Notes: generated by a model from the sequence alone, not told the origin. A stretch of DNA of 64,000 nt from Spirochaetaceae bacterium (GCA_965226485.1 OZ245363.1:2170817-2234816), one strand, 5' to 3'; positions 9,743 to 20,580 are shown, numbered from the stretch's first letter. Translations and numbers: made by a program.

Positions 9743-10741
9743 CACTCCGATGGCTTTCTTTATTCGCGACAAGGTGATTCTAGCCGTCTGCATAGCCCTG
9801 CGGGCACCATCGGCAAGAATTGCGTCAATCTGAGACTTGTCGGCCATGAGGGATTCATATCTGCTCCTCATTGGTGCGATGTGCTCGTTCATTTTCTCAA
9901 AGAGTATCTGTTTGGCTTCGCCCCAGCCCATGCCTCCCTGGCGGTAGCGTTCTGCCAAGGCCGTCTGCTCCGATTCATCCGCAAAGAGCCGATAAAGGGC
10001 AAAAAGGTTGCAGGTTTCCGGGGTCTTGGGCTCTTCGAGTGCCTGGCTGTTAGTAACGACTCTCATAACAGCTTTCCGAAGCTGTTTTTCCGGAAGGAAG
10101 AGAGGGATGTGATTTCCATAACTTTTCGACATTTTCCTGCCGTCGAGTCCAGGTACGGCCATGGATTCCTCGGTGGTTTTCGCCTTGGGGATGACAAGAA
10201 GTTGTTCCTTGTAATTATGGTTCAGCATAGCGGCGATGTCCTGGGCCATCTCCACATGCTGAACCTGATCCTTCCCGACCGGGACCACATCGGTGTCGAA
10301 CAGCAGAATGTCTGCGGCCATTAGGACTGGATAAGTGTAAAGTCCCATGTTTATCTGATGATCGTCGGGCTGACCTTTTTTATGGTTGCTATCCACAGCC
10401 GCCTTGTAGGCATGGGCCCGATTCATTAATCCCTTGGCGGTGAACGCCATCAGTATGGTACATAGCTCAAAGATTTCAGGGACATCAGATTGTTTGTATA
10501 TAAGAGATTTCTCAGGATTCAGCCCCGCCGCCAGCCAACTCGCCGCTACTTCGTATATGAATGAACGGAGAGTATCAGCATCTTTTACCGTGTTCAACGA
10601 GTGGCAATCAGCAATGAAGAAATATGCAGTGGTTTTACTCGCCTTGGCAATTTCCAGTGCTGGATGGATTGCGCCGAAGTAATTACCTAAATGAGGCATG
10701 CCCGTAGGCTTTATGCCAGTCAGTACGACCTGTTTCCTCAT
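9728..10741 (-). CDS. trpS: Tryptophan--tRNA ligase
   Basis: TGIKPTGMPHLGNY (HIGH), VPVGKDQVQH, KMSKS. Confidence 0.98.
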   Translation of the reverse strand: MRKQVVLTGIKPTGMPHLGNYFGAIHPALEIAKASKTTAYFFIADCHSLNTVKDADTLRSFIYEVAASWLAAGLNPEKSLIYKQSDVPEIFELCTILMAFTAKGLMNRAHAYKAAVDSNHKKGQPDDHQINMGLYTYPVLMAADILLFDTDVVPVGKDQVQHVEMAQDIAAMLNHNYKEQLLVIPKAKTTEESMAVPGLDGRKMSKSYGNHIPLFLPEKQLRKAVMRVVTNSQALEEPKTPETCNLFALYRLFADESEQTALAERYRQGGMGWGEAKQILFEKMNEHIAPMRSRYESLMADKSQIDAILADGARRAMQTARITLSRIKKAIGVSLIG

Positions 10742-10802
10742 GAATCAAGGATTGTACGGTAGTTCTGGAGATGGGTATAGGGGTACTCAAAAAACCTCCA
10801 AT

Positions 10803-10824
10803 TCTTCATAAAATCTTCACAATT
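10803..10824 (+). promoter_or_regulatory. Candidate OmpR-family operator (tandem direct repeat)
   Basis: TCTTCA at 10803 and 10814 (11-bp period) upstream of the response regulator. Confidence 0.3.
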
Positions 10825-10872
10825 CCAGAAAAAACACTAGCCACATGATTAGAAGATCACTAGAATGAAGCT

Positions 10873-11562
10873 ATGGCATGCATATATCTTGTGGAAGATG
10901 AAGATGCAATCCGAGAAGCTGTGATGGGCTATCTACAACTGGTCGATTATGAGGTTTCCGGGTTTGGCAATCTCGCAGACGCAAGAGAAGCGATAGCGAC
11001 ACATCCACCTGATCTTATTTTGATGGATGTCAACCTTCCCGATGGCGACGGATTTTTATTTGCCAAGGAATTGCTTGCAAAACAGTCTATCCCACTTATT
11101 TTTATCTCGGGAAGGGAGTCTGAATCTGATCGAATAACGGGTTTTGAGGTAGGCGGCGATGATTATATCATCAAACCGTTTAGCCCGAAAGAACTCGTTC
11201 TGCGGATTGCCGCAATACTCAAACGCACATCAGAGCAGGAGAGTTTATCAGAATATACCACCTGGACCTTGGATGGCTTCACCCTATGCGCAGACGAACT
11301 TGTCCATAGAGCCACCTTGAATGGGGAGCCATTGAAACTCACCGCCACCGAATGGAAGATCCTTCTTTTTCTCTCATCCAGCAATGGTGCAGTTGCAACA
11401 AGGGAACAAATTCTGAACCGTTGCTTAGAATACACCTTTGAAGGATATGATCGGACAGTCGATACACATATCAAGAATTTGCGTGCCAAGCTTGGTCCAC
11501 CCGAGTGGATAGAGACAGTAAGAGGGTATGGCTATCGATTTACAGGGGAACCGGTATCATGA
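10873..11562 (+). CDS. OmpR/PhoB-family response regulator
   Basis: LVEDE, LMDVNLPDGDG receiver; RTVDTHIKNLRAKL, ETVRGYGY winged helix. Confidence 0.95.
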   Translation: MACIYLVEDEDAIREAVMGYLQLVDYEVSGFGNLADAREAIATHPPDLILMDVNLPDGDGFLFAKELLAKQSIPLIFISGRESESDRITGFEVGGDDYIIKPFSPKELVLRIAAILKRTSEQESLSEYTTWTLDGFTLCADELVHRATLNGEPLKLTATEWKILLFLSSSNGAVATREQILNRCLEYTFEGYDRTVDTHIKNLRAKLGPPEWIETVRGYGYRFTGEPVS

Positions 11563-11615
11563 TCACTCAATCTACATGCTGTTTTCACAAAGTGACCATG
11601 AATCTGATTTTTTTA

Positions 11616-11644
11616 TTGACAAAGATGGTGAAGTCTCATAATAT
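11616..11644 (+). promoter_or_regulatory. Sigma70-type promoter for the outer-membrane protein gene
   Basis: TTGACA-N17-TAATAT. Confidence 0.6.
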
Positions 11645-11788
11645 TGAGAATATGGCTATCGGAGGGATTTGGATATGTTGATTTTTCAACATCCATTGCC
11701 GACAGAGGGAATGGTTATAGTAGTAATAAAAAGAAAACGCCGGGTTCCGGCGTAATATATCATTTCATTGCAAATAGGAGAAAAAGTG

Positions 11789-12958
11789 ATGAAGAGATTC
11801 TTGATTTTAGCCCTCGTGGTGACAATCGCTGGGCTTGCGTTTGCGGAAGTGGATCCTGCGTTTAGTGGGACATTCTCCACTTATTTCGGTTTATCAGTCG
11901 TGGACATGGATGTTAAGAAAGATGTTTCTGACGCGATGAAGCTGGACCTGAATGCGACTATCGATGAGTGGAACACTGTTTCCGTTACCGTAGAAGTGGC
12001 CGATGCTCTCTACTGGGACGACATCAATGATGACAAGAACATTGCAACGAGTAGGCTTGGCACCGATACAACTAAGCTTGCCGTGGCTGGCGACGAGCTT
12101 GACAACAGGCAGGATTATCTCCGCATGGGAGCTTACACCCTGACGACGGATCTGTTTGGTGCTCTTGGCATTAGCGGGCCAGTTGGCTTGAGCCTAAAAC
12201 TCGGTAAATTCGGGTTTGGTGATTCGGCTTCCGTTGTCAATGTAGCGCCTCTTTCCACCAAATCGGCCGATGGCACTAAAGGGACAGATGATGGCCTGAT
12301 CGGCATTGGGTTTGATTTCAAATTCGTTGACAAGGTGACTCTCAGTACCGTTATTTATCCCGAGAACCTGGGTGCTATCGGTGATGACTCAAACAAGAGA
12401 TTTGAAGGTGGAGTCACCCTCAAGGGTGTCGGTATTGCCGATATGCTCGACTTTGCGGCCTATTTCCTTGCATCGGACCTTGATGCTAGGAAAAAGGAAA
12501 ACAAAAAGTCGGATACAAAAGATGACGGCGGAATGAGTGTGGGTGCCAGTGTGGCACTGGGCTTCGGCGATCACAAGGTGGGTCTTGGCTTTCAATATGA
12601 TTTAGATGATGCACTTGCTCCAAATGGCCCCAGATTGCAACTCGATTACTCTGCAAAATTTGGTATCCTTACGGCAGGCCTCTCATACGGAATCGAAGGT
12701 ATTGAAGCATTTGGCGAAAAAAGCAAGGTGAAAGTATCGCTATTGGCGGATGTATTGGATAATTTAAGTATCTTTGGCGGTATCGAATTAGGCGACTTCG
12801 AAAATTTTGATGCGGCTAACATCAAATACGATGCCGGTATTTCCACAGCTCTTGGTTCATTGTCAATTCTATTTGGCATGACTAATAATATGGACTACAA
12901 GGCACCTGAAGATGACTGGAACGATACAATTTACCTGAAATTCAGCACAGCCTTCTAG
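11789..12958 (+). CDS. Outer-membrane beta-barrel protein, Msp/major outer sheath-like
   Basis: SD AGGAG, signal peptide MKRFLILALVVTIAGLAFA, amphipathic beta strands, C-terminal Phe (YLKFSTAF). Confidence 0.75.
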   Translation: MKRFLILALVVTIAGLAFAEVDPAFSGTFSTYFGLSVVDMDVKKDVSDAMKLDLNATIDEWNTVSVTVEVADALYWDDINDDKNIATSRLGTDTTKLAVAGDELDNRQDYLRMGAYTLTTDLFGALGISGPVGLSLKLGKFGFGDSASVVNVAPLSTKSADGTKGTDDGLIGIGFDFKFVDKVTLSTVIYPENLGAIGDDSNKRFEGGVTLKGVGIADMLDFAAYFLASDLDARKKENKKSDTKDDGGMSVGASVALGFGDHKVGLGFQYDLDDALAPNGPRLQLDYSAKFGILTAGLSYGIEGIEAFGEKSKVKVSLLADVLDNLSIFGGIELGDFENFDAANIKYDAGISTALGSLSILFGMTNNMDYKAPEDDWNDTIYLKFSTAF

Positions 12959-12986
12959 GGTAAAACCTAGTTAGACAGCTTTGATT

Positions 12987-13014
12987 ACCCCCGCTATCGA
13001 GCGGGGGTTTTTTT
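12987..13014 (+). terminator. Rho-independent terminator
   Basis: ACCCCCGC-tatcga-GCGGGGGT followed by a T tract. Confidence 0.85.
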
Positions 13015-13015
13015 A

Positions 13016-13092
13016 GGGGCTGTGTCAGAATGCGCCTTTGGCCCGCATGCGGCGTTGCCTGCAAACCAAATCCATCATTCTGACACAGCCCC
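13016..13092 (+). mobile_element. MITE family, minimal 77-bp copy
   Basis: Perfect GGGGCTGTGTCAGAAT / ATTCTGACACAGCCCC IRs. Confidence 0.85.
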
Positions 13093-13224
13093 GTTTTTTA
13101 GATAGTGTCCATTGATTTGCGATATGAGATGCCTATTAGGATTACTTTGTGTATTTTGCAGTTATAGAGGTTGCGCACACCTTGCGTAGCGGATAAAATC
13201 CGTCAATATTGAAGGAGATTTACT

Positions 13225-13878
13225 ATGCGAGGGAATACAATGAAAAAATCAGCCATACGAGTTATTATTATCAGTCACCTATTGATTGTCAGCTGTAGCA
13301 CGGCTCCTCCCAAGCCTGTTCTTTCTGAACCTATTACCCATGAGATTGCCGATCTGAAAATAGTTCTCCGGTTCCTCGATAAAGAAACCCTTGTCGATCG
13401 ACATGGCCGCAATGATGCCAGAATGTATTTGAATCCCTACTATGGCTATCCCGCACTGATCACTAAAATACGCCTATTGGCTTTTGAATTATCGGCCGAA
13501 ACGACTGAGTCAGAGGTTGAATTCAGCCTCGATAAGATCTCCTTGGAGATAGATGATGTACGAGGGAAGGCAAAAAGCCGGGCATATCTTAGAAACACAT
13601 GGAGAATTGTCTCCTTTTCCAAAACCACATTGATGGATTTATTGATGAAAAAAACTCTCTTACCTGATGAATTCCTTGTCACCCCTGATACACCGGTCTC
13701 CGGGTACTTGGTATTTGGAGAGAACTACCCTGAACTCGGAGGTGAGGGGTTATTGAAATTCAAATTAACGACACCTTCAGGGGATGGCGGCCAACTGGAA
13801 ATACCCATCTATTTCAGCGAAGATGGGTCAATAAAAAAAGATTCTGCCGACAATACAGGAATCTTCGGTGAAGATTAG
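13225..13878 (+). CDS. Hypothetical lipoprotein
   Basis: SD GAAGGAG; basic N-terminus, hydrophobic stretch, lipobox LIVS-C. Confidence 0.8.
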   Translation: MRGNTMKKSAIRVIIISHLLIVSCSTAPPKPVLSEPITHEIADLKIVLRFLDKETLVDRHGRNDARMYLNPYYGYPALITKIRLLAFELSAETTESEVEFSLDKISLEIDDVRGKAKSRAYLRNTWRIVSFSKTTLMDLLMKKTLLPDEFLVTPDTPVSGYLVFGENYPELGGEGLLKFKLTTPSGDGGQLEIPIYFSEDGSIKKDSADNTGIFGED

Positions 13879-14009
13879 AGATATGCACAAATACAACAAA
13901 GGGATAATACCCATCAATTCGATTTCTAGCTGAAGAACTTAATTCGCTATATCTGGCATCCAGTGAAGATGTGTGCTTTCCTCCTAAGTATTTCAGCAGG
14001 ACAAATAAT

Positions 14010-14150
14010 GTAAGTCTCTTCAGTTTTATCCGTGCATCCACGGTTGTGAACTTCCAGTCTACTCCCTTCTACATTTCATTATTTCATTGCGAACGAGATT
14101 CCATGCGGCTGTCTCCTTGATATTCAGCCAGCTTCCGTGTATGGGGGCTG
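14010..14150 (-). pseudogene. IS630-family transposase C-terminal remnant
   Basis: Minus-strand translation gives PIHGSWLNI...AAWNLVRNE...VDWKFTTVDARIKLKRL, typical of IS630 C-termini. Confidence 0.7.
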
Positions 14151-14329
14151 TTTTATATTGGGATCTTTTTTCTTGAGTATGACAGTTTGGCAACTCACCC
14201 TCATAAAGAGACTGCGGTGTTATTGTTCGAGCATCTCGTATTTCCGTTGTATCATTCTATTTTATATCAGCTTATTTATATGGTGATTAGCCACCGGGTT
14301 AATAGTACGCCACCGTTGTGAACTCCGTG

Positions 14330-17300
14330 AGAGCTGGCATGGGAGGCACTGAGTTCTGAGTTCTGAGTTTCGCACGGAGGCACGGAGGGCACGGAGGTTT
14401 TTCAAGGCTTTGTCAGCTCCTTTCTTCGTGTCCTTTTTGAACTTTGTGAGATTGAAAATGGCATGGGGTATATAAAAAGTTTCGCACGGAGGCACGGAGT
14501 GCACGGAGGGCACGGAGGTTTTTCAACGCTTTGTTTGCTCCTTTCTTCGTGTTCTTTTTGAACTTTGTGAGATTGAAAATGGCATGGGGTATATAAAAAG
14601 TTTCGCACGGAGGCACGGAGTGCACGGAGGGCACGGAGGTTTTTCAACGCTTTGTTTGCTCCTTTCTTCGTGTTCTTTTTGAACTTTGTGAGATTGAAAA
14701 TGGCATGGGGTATATAAAAAATTTCGCACGGAGGCACAGAGTACACAGAGGTTTTTCAATGATTTGTCTGATTCTCTCTCCATGTTCTTTCCGTTTTCTT
14801 TATGAACTCCGTGAGATCTGAAAATGGCATGGGAGGTACAGAGAATTTCGCACGGAGGCACAGAGTACACAGAGGTTTTTTAAAGATTTGTCTGATCTCC
14901 TCTTCGTGTCCTTTGCGATCTCCGAGAGAGGCAGAATTGTGCACAGAGGTTTTTCAACGCTTTTTCTGCTCCCCCTCCGTGTCCTCTGTGATCTCCGTGA
15001 GATCTGAAAACGGCGTGGGAGGTATAAAGAGTTTCGCACAGAGGCACAGAGGGCTCAGAGGTTTTTAAATCTTTGCCTGCCCCCTCTCCTTGGCCTTTGT
15101 GAACTCCGTGAGAGGCATAGTTTCGAACAGAGGTTTTTCAACGCTTTTTCTGCTCCCCCTCCGTGTCCTCTGTGAACTTTGTGAGATCTGAAAACGGCGT
15201 GGGAGGTACAAAGTGTTTCGCACGGAGGCACAGAGTACACAGAGGTTTTTAAAGCTTTGGCTGCCCCCCCTCCGTGTCCTTTGTGATCTCCGTGAGAAGC
15301 ATAGTTTCGAACAGAGGTTTTTCAACGCTTTTTCTGCCCCCCTCTCCTTGGCCTTTGTGGACTCCGTGAGAGGCATAGTTTCGAACAGAGGTTTTTCAAC
15401 GCTTTTTCTGCTCCCCCTCCGTGTCCTCTGTGATCTCCGTGAGAGCTATAACGGCGTGGGAGGTACAAAGAGTTTCGCACAGAGGCACGGAGGGCTCAGA
15501 GGTTTTTAAAGCTTTGGCTACTCCCCTCTCCTTGGCCTTTGTGATCTCCGTGAGAGCTATAACGGCGTGGGAGGTATAAAAAGTTTCGCACAGAGGCACA
15601 GAGGTTTTTAAATCTTTGCCTGCCCCCTCTCCTTGGCCTTTGTGGACTCCGTGAGAGGCAGAGTTGCGCACAGAGGTTTTTCAACGCTTTTTCTGCCCCC
15701 CTCCGTGTCCTCTGTGAACTTTGTGAGATCTGAAAACGGCGTGGGAGGTACAAAGTGTTTCGCACGGAGGCACAGAGTACACAGAGGTTTTTTAAAGATT
15801 TGTCTGATCTCCTCTTCGTGTCCTTTGCGATCTCCGAGAGAGGCAGAATTGTGCACAGAGGTTTTTCAAAGCTTGGTCTGCCCCCCCTCCGTGTCCTCTG
15901 TGAACTTTGTGAGATCTGAAAATGGCATGGGAGGTACAAAGTGTTTCGCACAGAGGCTCAGAGGGCTCAGAGGTTTTTAAATCTTTGCCTGCCCCCTCTC
16001 CTTGGCCTTTGTGGACTCCGTGAGAGGCAGAGTTGCGCACGGAGGTTTTTCAAAGATTTGTCAGCTCCTTTCTTCGTGTCCTTTTTGAACTCCGTGAGAT
16101 CTAAAACGGCGTGGGAGGTACAAAGAGTTTCGCACAGAGGCACGGAGGGCACGGAGGTTTTTCAAAGATTTGTCAGCTCCTTTCTTCGTGTCCTTTTTGA
16201 ACTTTGTGAGATTGAAAATGGCATGGGGTATATAAAAAGTTTCGCACGGAGGCACGGAGGGCACGGAGGGCACGGAGGTTTTTCAACGCTTTGTCTGCTC
16301 CTTTCTTTGTGTTCTTTTTGAACTTTGTGAGATTGAAAATGGCTTGGGATGTATAAAAAGTTTCGCACGGAGGCACGGAGGGCACGGAGGTTTTTCAAAG
16401 ATTTGTCTGCTCCCCCTCCGTGTCCTCTGTGAACTCCGTGAGATCTGAAAACGGCGTGGGAGGTATAAAGAGTTTCGCACAGAGGCACAGAGGGCTCAGA
16501 GGTTTTTAAATCTTTGCCTGCCCCCTCTCCTTTGCCTTTGTGATCTCCGAGAGAGGCAGAATTGTGCACAGAGGTTTTTCAACGCTTTTTCTGCCCCCCT
16601 CCGTGTCCTCTGTGAACTCCGTGAGATCTAAAACGGCGTGGGAGGTACAAAGAGTTTCGCACAGAGGCACAGAGGGCTCAGAGGTTTTTAAATCTTTGCC
16701 TGCCCCCTCTCCTTGGCCTTTGTGAACTCCGTGAGAGGCATAGTTTCGAGCAGGGTTTTTTCAACGCTTTTTCTGCTCCCCCTCCGTGTCCTCTGTGAAC
16801 TTTGTGAGATCTGAAAACGGCGTGGGAGGTACAAAGTGTTTCGCACGGAGGCACAGAGTACACAGAGGTTTTTTAAAGATTTGTCTGATCTCCTCTTCGT
16901 GTCCTTTGCGATCTCCGAGAGAGGCAGAATTGCGCACAGAGGTTTTTCAAAGCTTGGTCTGCTCCCCTCCGTGTCCTCTGTGATCTCCGTGAGATCTGAA
17001 AACGGCGTGGGAGGTATAAAGAGTTTCGCACAGAGGCACAGAGGGCTCAGAGGTTTTTAAATCTTTGCCTGCCCCCTCTCCTTGGCCTTTGTGAACTCCG
17101 TGAGAGGCATAGTTTCGAGCAGGGTTTTTTTAACGCTTTTTCTGCTCCCCCTCCGTGTCCTCTGTGAACTTTGTGAGATCTGAAAACGGCGTGGGAGGTA
17201 CAAAGTGTTTCGCACGGAGGCACAGAGTACACAGAGGTTTTTTAAAGATTTGTCTGATCTCCTCTTCGTGTCCTTTGCGATCTCCGAGAGAGGCAGAATT

Positions 17301-18665
17301 GTGCACAGAGGTTTTTCAAAGCTTGGTCTGCTCCCCTCCGTGTCCTCTGTGATCTCCGTGAGATCTGAAAATGGCATGGGAGGTACAAAGTGTTTCGCAC
17401 AGAGGCACAAAGGGCTCAGAGGTTTTTAAATCTTTGCTTGCCCCCTCTCCTTTGCCTTTGTGATCTCCGAGAGAGGCAGAATTGTGCACAGAGGTTTTTC
17501 AACGCTTTTTCTGCTCCCCCTCCGTGTCCTCTGTGAACTCCGTGAGATCTAAAACGGTATGGGAGGTACAAAGTGTTTCGCACAGAGGCTCAGAGGGCAC
17601 AGAGGTTTTTAAAGCTTTGGCTGCCCCCTCCGTGTCCTTTGTGATCTCCGTGAGAAGCATAGTTTCGAACAGAGGTTTTTCAACGCTTTTTCTGCTCCCC
17701 CTCCGTGTCCTCTGTGAACTCCGTGAGATCTGAAAATGGCATGGGAGGTACAGAGAGTTTCGCACGGAGGCACAGAGTACACAGAGGTTTTTTAAAGATT
17801 TGTCTGATCTCCTCTTCGTGGCCTTTGCGATCTCCGAGAGAGGCAGAATTGTGCACAGAGGTTTTTCAACGCTTTTTCTGCTCCCCCTCCGTGTCCTCTG
17901 TGAACTCCGTGAGATCTAAAACGGCTTGGGATGTATAAAAAGTTTCGCACGGAGGCACAGAGTACACAGAGGTTTTTCAATGATTTGTCTGCTTCTCTCT
18001 CCATGTTCTTTCCGTTTTCTTTGTGAACTCCGTGAGATCTGAAAATGGCATGGGAGGTACAGAGAATTTCGCACGGAGGCACAGAGTACACAGAGGTTTT
18101 TTAAAGATTTGTCTGATCTCCTCTTCGTGTCCTTTGCGATCTCCGAGAGAGGCAGAATTGTGCACAGAGGTTTTTATATCTTTGCCTGCCCCCCCTCCGT
18201 GTCCTTTGTGATCTCCGTGAGATCTGAAAACGGCGTGGGAGGTATAAAGAGTTTCGCACAGAGGCACAGAGGGCTCAGAGGTTTTTAAAGCTTTGGCTGC
18301 CCCCTCCGTGTCCTTTGTGATCTCCGTGAGAAGCATAGTTTCGAACAGAGGTTTTTCAACGCTTTTTCTGCTCCCCCTCCGTGTCCTCTGTGATCTCCGT
18401 GAGATCTGAAAATGGCATGGGAGGTACAAAGTGTTTCGCACAGAGGCACAGAGGGCTCAGAGGTTTTTAAATCTTTGCCTGCCCCCTCTCCTTTGCCTTT
18501 GTGATCTCCGAGAGAGGCAGAATTGTGCACAGAGGTTTTTCAACGCTTTTTCTGCTCCCCCTCCGTGTCCTCTGTGATCTCCGTGAGAGCTATAACGGCG
18601 TGGGAGGTACAAAGAATTTCGCACGGAGGCACGGAGTGCACGGAGGGTTTTCAAAGCTTGGTTGA
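14330..18665. repeat. Array A: mosaic tandem array of ~45 units (~70 or ~110-120 bp) built from shuffled modules
   Basis: About 45 GAGGTTTTT anchors counted by hand; recurring CTCCGTGTCCTCTGTG / CACAGAGGCACAGAG imperfect inverted pairs. Confidence 0.95.
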
Positions 18666-18943
18666 AGAATAACTCAGCACTGAACATTCATCTATAGTGC
18701 CAGCTCTGCACTATGAGTCCAGCAAGTCATCCAAAGAGCGCAGTTGCCCCCCATCCCCTCTGGATCGTTTTTGTGCTACAATTCAAGGAGGCAGGCCAAC
18801 TCCTCGTGAGTCGGCTTTTTTCTATTTTTGTACGTCCTTTCCTGCACTATTCGATCATCCTGAGTCAAGATATTTTTCTCTTGCCTTGAATGTGGGTATT
18901 ACCTTCTGTGTCCCATGGGACTTTTTACCTTCTGTGCACCTTT

Positions 18944-18975
18944 TATAGTGCCTCGAAGATTTTGGGTGGCTCAAT
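18944..18975 (+). mobile_element. Solo IS-end-like motif (near-identical copy at 61171-61202)
   Basis: TATAGTGCC(T/C)CGAAGATTT..GGTGG.TCAAT shared with 61171 and with the IS end at 5914-5927. Confidence 0.5.
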
Positions 18976-19575
18976 TCGTGGCATCCCACAACTGCGTGAG
19001 GGATTATTATGCATTGTCAGGAAAAGAATTATGCAGTCGGATCCATTGGGCCTCGACCAAGAGTGTTCTGGGTAGAATTATATGGGATTAGCGGGTTTTT
19101 AGCTTAATGAGCCGAAATTGAAACAATGGCATTGAGAGGGGGCGGAGAACTTATAATCACATATTTGTAATTCGTTTTTTCGCCGAAACAACCATGTCAG
19201 CACGTATTTGTTGCCCACCACTAAGCTTCTAGTCACTATATCCACCTTTTCTACAGGTGGACATTTCTTTGTACCATTCACACCGAACTTAAGAAATTTT
19301 GCAGAAATAGCATTGCAGTTTTTTTGTCTTTCATGTAGAATAACATACAGTAGACAAGAATTAGACGGATTTTTTGAGGAATGCTACTTAATGACGACAT
19401 GCTTAAAATGCGTTAAAGGTGTTCTTTGATAGTTGTCAGTTTGAGAAATTGTCTATTAACAGCCTACTGGCCAGGCTATCCTATGGTCACACATGAATTA
19501 AAAATTCGGCTCGCATTCTATATGTATATACAATACAATAGATAACTAGGGTCGAAGTATTCTAAGGAGGAATAC

Positions 19576-20562
19576 ATGAAAAGAGTTTTGTCGGTATTAA
19601 TTATGCTCAGCTTAATTGCGGGCTTTGGTTTTGCCAACGGCGGCAATGAAGCAACGAAAGGGCCAAGTCACGTTACGATTGGAACTGGCGGTGTCACAGG
19701 GGTCTACTATCCCACCGGAGGTGCCATAGCGCAAATTGTCAATCAAAAAAGTGATGAGTACAATCTGCGGGTGACATACGAATCGACCGGTGGGTCTGTT
19801 TACAACGTGAACGCCATCATGTCTGGAGATTTGGAATTTGGGATAGTCCAGTCTGATAGGCAGTATCAAGCCTACGCCGGAACGGCTGATTGGGAAGGCA
19901 AACCACAGGAAAAACTGAGAGCCGTTTTCTCAATTCACCCCGAATCGGTTACCTTGCTCGCCTCTGATGATTCAGGCATTTACAGCCTGAACGACTTGAG
20001 AGGAAAAATTGTCAACATCGGAAACCCCGGTTCAGGACAGCGTGGCAATGCCACAGATATATTGATGGCCGCCGGAATTGACCCCGATACAGATATCAAG
20101 GCCGAAGGGCTCAAGGCTGCCGAAGCGGCGGGTATGTTGCAAGATGGCCGCATAGATGCCTACTTCTACACGGTGGGCCATCCCAACGGTTCATTTAAGG
20201 AAGCGACTGCAGGCTCCACGAAAGTGCACTTTGTCCCTATGGAAGGAGCCCCGGTGGATAAGCTTGTTGGAGAGTATACCTATTATGCAAAATCCATCAT
20301 TCCTGTCATGGCCAACTATCCGGGTTCAACCAATTCCAGCGATGTGCCGTCCTTCGGAGTGAAGGCAACATTCTGCACTTCTGCCGATATCAGCGATGAC
20401 ATTGTGTACGCCATTGTCAAGGAAGTGTTTGAAAATTTGGAAGATTTCAAGAAACTCCATCCCGCCTATGCAATTCTCACAGCCGAGGATATGCTGGCAG
20501 GACTCTCCGCTCCCCTTCATCCTGGAGCAAAGAAATATTTCACGGAAGCCGGATTGCTTTAG
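19576..20562 (+). CDS. TAXI-family TRAP transporter solute-binding protein
   Basis: IGTGGVTGVYYPTGG, STGGSVYNV, GNPGSG, PLHPGAKKY. Confidence 0.95.
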   Translation: MKRVLSVLIMLSLIAGFGFANGGNEATKGPSHVTIGTGGVTGVYYPTGGAIAQIVNQKSDEYNLRVTYESTGGSVYNVNAIMSGDLEFGIVQSDRQYQAYAGTADWEGKPQEKLRAVFSIHPESVTLLASDDSGIYSLNDLRGKIVNIGNPGSGQRGNATDILMAAGIDPDTDIKAEGLKAAEAAGMLQDGRIDAYFYTVGHPNGSFKEATAGSTKVHFVPMEGAPVDKLVGEYTYYAKSIIPVMANYPGSTNSSDVPSFGVKATFCTSADISDDIVYAIVKEVFENLEDFKKLHPAYAILTAEDMLAGLSAPLHPGAKKYFTEAGLL

Positions 20563-20580
20563 TTTTCAATGATAAAAGAG

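Noticed and set aside
11645-11788. Known riboswitch (fluoride, TPP, c-di-GMP, glycine) in the OMP leader
   Set aside because: Conserved core motifs not found; kept only as a generic structured leader
14330-18665. CRISPR array interpretation of array A
   Set aside because: Inter-anchor segments are reused many times rather than unique, unit length is bimodal, and there are no cas genes or leader
14262-18687. Dozens of short ORFs in array A
   Set aside because: They occur on both strands in all frames, are fragmentary repeat translations, and lack SD or start consistency
18720-19100. Terminator-like hairpin near 18795-18822 and short ORFs
   Set aside because: No supportable upstream gene or RNA; stem is imperfect
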